A stretch of DNA of 64,000 bases from Treponemataceae bacterium (GTDB taxonomy: Bacteria > Spirochaetota > Spirochaetia > Treponematales > Rectinemataceae). Location of the stretch: positions 1,056,001-1,120,000 of the forward strand of contig CAXXVZ010000005.1 in the NCBI GenBank assembly GCA_963678065.2, in the 5' to 3' direction. The notes below the pieces were generated by a model. The model was not told where the DNA came from, made no database searches, and saw nothing but the letters and a program-made list of their open reading frames with translations. The translations under genes were made by a program, and so were the position numbers. Shown here in pieces: positions 57,625 to 64,000 of the stretch (within the stretch, counting starts at the first letter, position 1; every line of letters starts with the position of its first letter).

Positions 57625-58676
57625 CGGTTCCCCCCCGGAGCCGGGCTTTCCATGCTGTTTCCATCGCCATCGAAGGAAAAGAGATCCTTCTTGTCCACAT
57701 AGATGAATACCGGCCCGTAGGGGATCCTGCGATTCTCGTACAGCTTCACCTGAGCCTTCCACCCGGGACCGTTGACCTGATAGAGCACCTCGGATCCCAG
57801 CATCTCGTGGGTGACAAGCTCGCCGGGGAAAACGGAGGCCCCCGAAGGCACCGCGGACCGATCCACGGTGATCCTGGCCTTTTCAGGCCTAAAGCCAATG
57901 TGGCGAGACCCGGGCGAAAGCGCGGAGGTCGCCGGATCCGCGTCGATGATGTTCATCGGGGGCGTCCCGATGAATCTCGCGCTGAAGACATTCGCGGGTT
58001 TGGCGTATAGTTCCTCCGGGGTGGCTTCCTGGCGGATCTTGCCTTTTTCAAGCAGGATCACCTTCGTCCCCAGCGACATCGCCTCCACCTGGTCGTGCGT
58101 CACGTAGACGAAAGTGCTTCCGAGCCTCCGGTACAGCTCGATCAGGTCCTTCCTCAGCTGGCCTCGAAGCTTCGCGTCGAGGTTCGAGAGCGGCTCGTCC
58201 ATAAGAAAAATCCGCGGCTGCTTGACCATGGCGCGCGCCAGGGCGACACGCTGGCGCTGCCCGCCCGACAGGAATTGAGGCTTTTTCTTCAAATATTCGC
58301 CGAGGCCGACAAGCTCCGCGATTTCGGCGATACGCCTGTCCCTTTCCTTTTTCGCTATGCCGTTATTTTTGAGGCCGTACTCGATGTTTTCCCTCACCGT
58401 CATCGTCGGGTAGAGGGCGTAATTCTGGAAAACCATGGCGATGCCCCGGTCGCCAGGCGGGACCTCGCGCATGCTGGCGCCATCGATGAGGACTTCCCCG
58501 GCCGATGCCGTCTCGAGTCCGGCGATCAGCCTGAGAATGGTGGATTTGCCGCAGCCGGAAGGGCCAAGGAGGACAGTGAAGCCTCCATTTTCCATACGGA
58601 GGTCGAGGTTTTCGAGGACCTTCTCGGAGCCGTAGCTTTTATGAATTCCGCGCAACTCGATCATTGGAGTACTCAT
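57621..58676 (-). CDS. ABC transporter ATPase (UgpC/MalK-like)
   Basis: GPSGCGKST, VFQNYALYP, LSGGQRQR, DEPLSNLD, VTHDQ. Confidence 0.93.
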   Translation of the reverse strand: MSTPMIELRGIHKSYGSEKVLENLDLRMENGGFTVLLGPSGCGKSTILRLIAGLETASAGEVLIDGASMREVPPGDRGIAMVFQNYALYPTMTVRENIEYGLKNNGIAKKERDRRIAEIAELVGLGEYLKKKPQFLSGGQRQRVALARAMVKQPRIFLMDEPLSNLDAKLRGQLRKDLIELYRRLGSTFVYVTHDQVEAMSLGTKVILLEKGKIRQEATPEELYAKPANVFSARFIGTPPMNIIDADPATSALSPGSRHIGFRPEKARITVDRSAVPSGASVFPGELVTHEMLGSEVLYQVNGPGWKAQVKLYENRRIPYGPVFIYVDKKDLFSFDGDGNSMESPAPGGNR

Positions 58677-58758
58677 GCAACCTGCTCCCGCCCCGCCGGG
58701 ACGCTCGCGCTCCGGCAAGATAAACTAATCTTCCACATCCGGGCATCAATCCCGGTAG

Positions 58759-59646
58759 TCAGGCATAGTTCGCGAAAAAGACGATGACATTCTTCTTTGC
58801 GACATCGGGAATATAGTGGAAGAAGGCAAACGGCTTGACGTATCGGTAGCTTCCGTCCTTCCTTTTGTCCTTCCACGCCTCGTAGAGCTTGTCGCTTCCC
58901 TCGCTCCCCACGAGAAAATCGAACCGCATGTTCTGGACGATGACGGCGACCTTGTCGTTCTTGACGACCCTCGCGAGGAGGCTCGCTTCCTCCAGTTCCT
59001 TGTTCCGCCGCGCTATCTCGGCAGGATCGGTCAGATGCTGGATCTTGTGGTTCTCACAGTAGGAAAGCCCGAGTTGGTAATTCATCAGATCCCGCGAATC
59101 GGGAGAGGATATGGTCGGCGCTATGGCCCGAGGCGTATATTTTCCATTCACCAGGTAGTCGTAGGCGACGAAGCCGCCCATCGAGCGGCCCACGATGGAA
59201 AAACGTTCGGCATCCACGTCGGAATTGGCCTTGTAGTATTCAATGAGAAAGTCGATATCGGCCACGGATCGTTCAACAATTTGCAAGATGGAGTACCTTC
59301 CGGGCTCGTTCCTCTCGCCATGGGCCAAGGCGTCCGGAGCGACGACGAAATACCCTTTGTCCGCGAGCCGCATGGCGAAGTTCGCCATCCTCTCCTTGAA
59401 GGAGCCGTAGCCGTGGGTCATGAATACGAGGGGCTTGCCTTTGGGCGAACCGACGCAGTATTCTAGGACAGGGATGTCGCCTACGCGCTTCTTTTCGCGG
59501 GTGGCCTTGCTTACTAGGTTCTGGTAGACGCGTTTCAGCGGAGTAAGGTGAAGAAGCTCATAAAGCAGTGTAAGAATCGCCGTAAAATACATCTGTCCTT
59601 TCGCGATTTTCCTGATTGATGGGTCGGCCAACTTTATTTTGTTCAT
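58759..59646 (-). CDS. Alpha/beta hydrolase (esterase-like)
   Basis: HGYG, HGER and nucleophile motif GRSMGG; ATGA overlap with the GDPD stop. Confidence 0.75.
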   Translation of the reverse strand: MNKIKLADPSIRKIAKGQMYFTAILTLLYELLHLTPLKRVYQNLVSKATREKKRVGDIPVLEYCVGSPKGKPLVFMTHGYGSFKERMANFAMRLADKGYFVVAPDALAHGERNEPGRYSILQIVERSVADIDFLIEYYKANSDVDAERFSIVGRSMGGFVAYDYLVNGKYTPRAIAPTISSPDSRDLMNYQLGLSYCENHKIQHLTDPAEIARRNKELEEASLLARVVKNDKVAVIVQNMRFDFLVGSEGSDKLYEAWKDKRKDGSYRYVKPFAFFHYIPDVAKKNVIVFFANYA

Positions 59647-60494
59647 GCCGTAAATCCTTCGAAGATGATGGAATCGTATTTTGCCAAAAGTCGAACGGAA
59701 TCCTCTGGCCTCTTGACGGTCCAAACCGCCACCATGGCGCCGAGGGTCATGCAGATTCGCAGAGGCAGGCCGGCGTCTTCGAAACGGTAGGAAATAAAAT
59801 GCGGCCTCGATGTATAGTTGTACAGAAGCCATGAAAGCATTCTTCGCCTAATAAGGGGGATGGATGCGGCGCCTTCTTTCCCAAGGGCGCGTTTGTAGGT
59901 TTCGAAACCAAGGGCAAGCTGCCCGCGCATCACCTTCGGGCGGTTATTCTTGAACCAGGAAAGAACATTCGCGTCGAAGCTTTCCACCAGATAATCGCCT
60001 TCATATCCGTCGAGAAGCCGGGACGCGGCCTCGCACAGAGGGCGGACATCGGCGCTTCCGGGGAGCCCTGTCTTGAATTCGATGAGCAGCGGCACGCTGC
60101 CGTCAACAAGAGATAGCAACTCCCTCAAGGTGGGGATTTTATGATCGGTCGACAGAAGAGAAAGAGCCTTGAGCTCCGCGAGCGACAGGGCTTCGACCTT
60201 CCGCGCGTCGCCGCACATGCGGGCGAGCGTGTCATCGTGGAATACCACGACTTCTCCGTCGCTCGTGAGATGGATATCCAACTCAATCCCGTACCCCATG
60301 TCCCTCGCCACGCCGAAGGCCGCGAGCGAGTTTTCGGGGACCTCGGTCTTGTTATCGAACATGCCTCGATGAGCATACTTGCGGCCCTTTAGAAGAACTC
60401 GCATTTCGGGGGTTGGCGAGGCTGGCCAGAGCATCCATAACAAGAGAGCCACGACAAGTACAATCACGGCAAGCACGACAGCGATCGATATCAT
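59643..60494 (-). CDS. Membrane-anchored glycerophosphodiester phosphodiesterase
   Basis: N-terminal transmembrane segment; AHRG, PENS, IELD, VVFHD, IEFK, ESF, WTV. Confidence 0.9.
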   Translation of the reverse strand: MISIAVVLAVIVLVVALLLWMLWPASPTPEMRVLLKGRKYAHRGMFDNKTEVPENSLAAFGVARDMGYGIELDIHLTSDGEVVVFHDDTLARMCGDARKVEALSLAELKALSLLSTDHKIPTLRELLSLVDGSVPLLIEFKTGLPGSADVRPLCEAASRLLDGYEGDYLVESFDANVLSWFKNNRPKVMRGQLALGFETYKRALGKEGAASIPLIRRRMLSWLLYNYTSRPHFISYRFEDAGLPLRICMTLGAMVAVWTVKRPEDSVRLLAKYDSIIFEGFTA

Positions 60495-60564
60495 CGATGC
60501 GAACCCCTCTCTCGACTCCAGAATTGTTGAATTATTGATCTAGATTTGAAGGCTGTCAAGAAAA

Positions 60565-60719
60565 AACTAAAATGTTTTAGTTAATTATCCATTTAATTAG
60601 TGACATTCCATTCATTAATTTAGCTATTTATTAATATTTCATCTATTTCAATAGAATATTGAGCATTATTCTCACAAACCAAACTTAACATTGACAAATC
60701 GTTAAGTTCGGTTTAGTAT
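60565..60719. promoter_or_regulatory. Divergent control region with LacI-type palindromes
   Basis: AACTAAAA-TG-TTTTAGTT (60565-60582) next to a minus-strand TTGACA; imperfect inverted repeat 60676-60714 around plus-strand TTGACA, 17 bp, TAGTAT. Confidence 0.6.
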
Positions 60720-60730
60720 ACTCTTACATT

Positions 60731-61765
60731 ATGGCAGCAACGATTCGTCAGATAGCGGACTTGGCTGGCATCTCTCCAGCCGCCGTCTCCTTCGTCCTCA
60801 ACAACAAGCCGGGCGTCGGGCAGAAAACGCGCGACAAGGTTCTCGCGATCGCCGCCAAGCTCGGCTACGAGCAGAAAAAACCGAGGCAGCCGCCCTCAGC
60901 GCGCACACGCGCGGTCCGCATGCTCTACATCGCCAAGCAGGGCCACGTCACCTACCAGGCTCACCGCATCTTCATCTCCGAATACATCGCCGGCCTCGAG
61001 GAGGAGGCCAAGGCGGAGAACTATCGCGTCGAGATCCAGATAATGGAAGGATTCGATCCGCAAAAGGTGCTGCAGGCCATCAACACCGATATGGTGGACG
61101 GCGCGGTCGTACTCGGATCGGCGCTGGATGACGATAATCTCGAATTTTTCACGGAGGTGTCGGTGCCGATAGTCGTCGTTTACACCTACCGCCCATGGCT
61201 CGATCTGGACTTCGTCGACATGAACAACGAGTCCTCGGTGTGTGCCGCGCTGGAATACCTCCACGGCGCCGGGCATCGCCGCATAGGCCTCGTGAAGAGC
61301 CTGATCGAAACGAGGAATTTCCGGTTGCGCGAGCATGCTTTCATGGAGACGATGGATCGCCTGGGATTGCCCGTAGCCGCCTCCGACTGCTTCGCGATCG
61401 ACCCGACCTTCGACAAGGGAAGGCAGGACATGACGAAGTTGCTCGCCAACGCCGGGGACCTGCCCAGCGCCTTGTTCTGCGTCAACGACTTCATCGCATA
61501 CGGCTGCATCCAAGCCTTGAAGGACGTCGGCAAGAGCATCCCCGATGACGTTTCGATTGTCGGCTTCGACAACCTCCCCTCTGACGAGTTCATGGAGCCA
61601 TGCCTCAGCTCCGTGAAGGTCTCCAATCGCTCGATCGGGCGGCGCGCCATGCGGCTCCTCCTCGACCGTATCGCCGATCCGGGACGGCCCTCCGAAAAGG
61701 TATCCATCAGCGGTGAATTGATCGTGCGCAAAAGCATTCGCGCGATCTCGGCCTCTGTAGAATGA
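60731..61765 (+). CDS. LacI family transcriptional regulator
   Basis: TIRQIADLAGISPAAVSFVLN, GHRRIG, IPDDVSIVGFD, LIVRKS. Confidence 0.93.
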   Translation: MAATIRQIADLAGISPAAVSFVLNNKPGVGQKTRDKVLAIAAKLGYEQKKPRQPPSARTRAVRMLYIAKQGHVTYQAHRIFISEYIAGLEEEAKAENYRVEIQIMEGFDPQKVLQAINTDMVDGAVVLGSALDDDNLEFFTEVSVPIVVVYTYRPWLDLDFVDMNNESSVCAALEYLHGAGHRRIGLVKSLIETRNFRLREHAFMETMDRLGLPVAASDCFAIDPTFDKGRQDMTKLLANAGDLPSALFCVNDFIAYGCIQALKDVGKSIPDDVSIVGFDNLPSDEFMEPCLSSVKVSNRSIGRRAMRLLLDRIADPGRPSEKVSISGELIVRKSIRAISASVE

Positions 61766-61928
61766 TCCATATGCCTCGCTACAGCGTCGTGAGCGGCATG
61801 AACATGGACAGGGTGACTCGATCGACGGTCGCTTGTCTTCTCTGTTATTCAATAAATGGATATTCCACAAGAGGTTCATCAAATTTTAAGAGATGATTGT
61901 AGTTTATTTCCCTAAAATACCTTAGGAA

Positions 61929-61971
61929 ATGGGCCCTGCTGGACTTGAACCAGCGACCGACGGATTATGAG
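61929..61971 (-). repeat. tRNA(CAT) 3'-half duplication, att-like site 2
   Basis: Minus strand CTCATAATCCGTCGGTCGCTGGTTCAAGTCCAGCAGGGCCCA begins exactly at the 7-nt anticodon loop; the 5' half is absent. Confidence 0.88.
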
Positions 61972-62655
61972 ACAGAAATTTTACATATCACACTGTGTCT
62001 CTGTATGCCAAGATAATATGCAACTCTTTTCCTGTCAATATCATAGCGTATCATAATATGTTAATATATTTTTTATAATGCTGTCATTTATCTCATACTT
62101 CTATCTCATCCTGATTTCCCGGAAAATTGTAGCTATGAATAAATATGTCTATATTATAAATAGAAATGATTCACCATCCGAGAGCGTTGCATAGCTGTAT
62201 TTGTAGCTATACTTCTTGCCCATGAAAATATGTAACTTCTATTTGGATATGAAGTTACCAATTCCCTAGTTACAATGCGCCGGGAAATCAAGTCTCATAC
62301 GAGAATGTTTATTACAAGTCCGAATTGATAGATTTCGATTTCCACACAAAGCTACTAATTATTATCAACTACTTCCTTCGTTTTATCCGAAATTCAGATA
62401 CACGAAATTAGACGCTATCGGGACCGTCATACCCTTCGGCTCGATACTCGAAATTCATCTACTCGGCAGCTCTTCAAGGCCTCGGCAGACTGTCACGGCC
62501 TCGATGAGCACGCCTCTCCAGCTTGGAAGGCCGGGGTAATAGGCCGACTGCCTCCTAAGCAGTAGGTCATCCCCAAGGGACATCGAACCGCAGTTGCCGA
62601 GATGAAAAGCAGCAGCCCGCAAAGGTACTGCTCGCATCGACCAACCAGGCCCCGC

Positions 62656-62847
62656 CGCGAACCCGCGACGTAGGCGCTGTGCGCGATGATCGCGCTTGCG
62701 CGTAAGTTCCGGGTTCGCGCATGTCCTCGCGAATAGAAGGCGCGCCAGGACGGCGCGGCCTCGAAGATAGAGCCGCCCGCCCCGCGACTACTGTCGCGAA
62801 GGGGCGGGCGAGGATTGAGGGGCGAATTTAGAGGGGGTCTGACCCCC
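62656..62847. other. GC-rich non-coding cluster of stem-loops
   Basis: Inverted repeats 62656-62665/62710-62719 and 62774-62783/62801-62810, plus GGGGGTC-T-GACCCCC (62833-62847). Confidence 0.55.
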
Positions 62848-62858
62848 AGGGCGCGTCA

Positions 62859-63269
62859 TCAGGGGGTTTCACGCCAACGAGTAACAACCCACTTACCTGC
62901 GATCAATGAGATGTCTAGAGTAGCCCACACTCCTATCCCCGCCTGAAGTATATCCTTGCTGTTCTGATCCCTTATAACGAAGGAATAGCGCATATGGATA
63001 ACTCCCGACTTGAAGACATTTGAAAAAACGAACACAGGGAAGATAGTCAGCGCCTTAACCCCTTGCTTCCCATTACTGACTGAGAGAATCGAGTGATATA
63101 TATCATCTTGAATATACTCACTCCTTGGCAATGCTACAGCAGAATCGGAGAGGAATGTCTGCCTCACGGCTTGAATAGTCTTCAACGAAGACAGGTAGCA
63201 GAAGCCGATATAGACGACCACAAGAGCTAGAGCACAGACTGCCATGACCTTAAATGTACTCCTTCTCAT
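62859..63269 (-). CDS. Hypothetical membrane-anchored protein, candidate immunity protein
   Basis: N-terminal transmembrane segment, AGGTGA RBS, 12 bp downstream of the Rhs C-terminal domain, same lower-GC composition. Confidence 0.55.
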   Translation of the reverse strand: MRRSTFKVMAVCALALVVVYIGFCYLSSLKTIQAVRQTFLSDSAVALPRSEYIQDDIYHSILSVSNGKQGVKALTIFPVFVFSNVFKSGVIHMRYSFVIRDQNSKDILQAGIGVWATLDISLIAGKWVVTRWRETP

Positions 63270-63281
63270 GTTGTTATCACC

Positions 63282-63941
63282 TCACGGGTATACCGATGAT
63301 ATGTGAAAGAATATCAACGCATTATCGCCGCCAGAAAGTCCAGTGATTGGTTGATCGTGACGAGATACTGTATGAGCGGAATACGAAACCACTCCATTAT
63401 CTACAGAGGTGACAACTCCAAAGTGATGAACAGTTGCTCCTTCATCACGAGACCATCCGACCAGATCTCCTGGTTGAGTAGGAGTACCCGCAGCCGTATT
63501 CAATAATCCAGGTGAGCTCTCTAGGTAATTAGCAAGCCCGCCAGCTGTTGCCCAGGCGCTTGTGAAAGATCCATTGAAGCGACCAAGAATATCATACGAT
63601 CCGCTAGTAAAGTTCCAATCCGAATTCCGTGGAAGGCCGCCAGCGGCTAGACACTGTGATGCAAAGTTGGCGCAATCGCCACTACCTCGGACAGCGTTCA
63701 CGACTGAAGCGACTCCGCGACTCAAATCATATGCAGGATTAGAACTCAGGTCATACGTGTGCGCATAATCAACAGCGGCTGATCTATCATATACAGCATA
63801 GGATGCACCAGAAGTGTCAGCAGTTATCGTTGAGTATGCTTCGCTTATTGCTTGGGTAGCTTCAGCACTACCGCTGTAATGGTTTAGTGCCTCGTAGAAG
63901 GCTTCCGCATCCAACCCGGACGGATCCGTGAAGGATAGAGG
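63282..63941 (-). pseudogene. Orphan Rhs C-terminal module with a putative amidase (Amidase_6-like) domain
   Basis: In-frame PLSFTDPSGL (63941-63912) precedes YDRSAAVDYA..GDCANFASQCLAAGG..PGDLV..HHFGVVT..YSAHT; in-frame TAG at 63968-63966. Confidence 0.7.
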
Positions 63942-64000
63942 TCTCTCCCTATTTCCCGATATTGCCTATAGATAAGCCCTGTCCCGCGTGCGTGCTTTAT

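Noticed and set aside
61929..62010. Possible intact tRNA gene
   Set aside because: The D-arm, 5' anticodon stem and 5' acceptor strand are missing; treated as an att remnant, as is 53334-53373.
61972..62450. AT-rich tract with a short minus-strand ORF (MGKKYSYKY..., about 42 aa)
   Set aside because: Too short and has no motif; possibly gene debris but not supportable.
62656..62719. Integron attC site
   Set aside because: The ends do not match RYYYAAC/GTTRRRY, and there is no integrase or second copy.
1..64000. CRISPR arrays, rRNA, cobalamin riboswitch, microcompartment shell genes
   Set aside because: None recognised by eye; a covariance-model search would be needed to exclude riboswitches.

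Overview
A 64-kb, mostly high-GC, catabolic accessory region of an anaerobic bacterium. The protein style suggests Spirochaetota, but that is inference only. In order: (1) 1-7.2 kb, an IclR regulon (TRAP dctQM, Zn-dehydrogenase, two Gfo/Idh/MocA oxidoreductases, cytoplasmic Asp-box protein) with one 25-bp operator at three near-consensus sigma70 promoters. (2) 7.3-30.9 kb, an almost entirely minus-strand cluster: AOR/MoaD, corrinoid protein plus UroD-family methyltransferase, a family III CoA-transferase pair, 3-hydroxyacyl-CoA dehydrogenase, DUF35/thiolase, VOC protein, MarR, TRAP, hydrolases, ThDP enzyme, buk-ptb and mmsA. (3) 31-34.3 kb, a decayed MerR (AdhR/NmlR-like) regulon interrupted by a 1274-bp ISL3. 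(4) 34.3-53.3 kb, a divergent locus with two different glycyl radical enzymes (PflD-like and YbiW-like), each with its own activase and ROK-type protein, around a sugar ABC transporter. (5) 53.3-62 kb, an integrase-less islet (Ugp-like ABC transporter, GDPD, esterase, nucleoside hydrolase, LacI) bracketed by two direct copies of a tRNA(CAT) 3' half. (6) At the right edge, an orphan Rhs C-terminal amidase-like domain and a candidate immunity gene. All family calls come from reading motifs and from remembered reference sequences; no searches were run.
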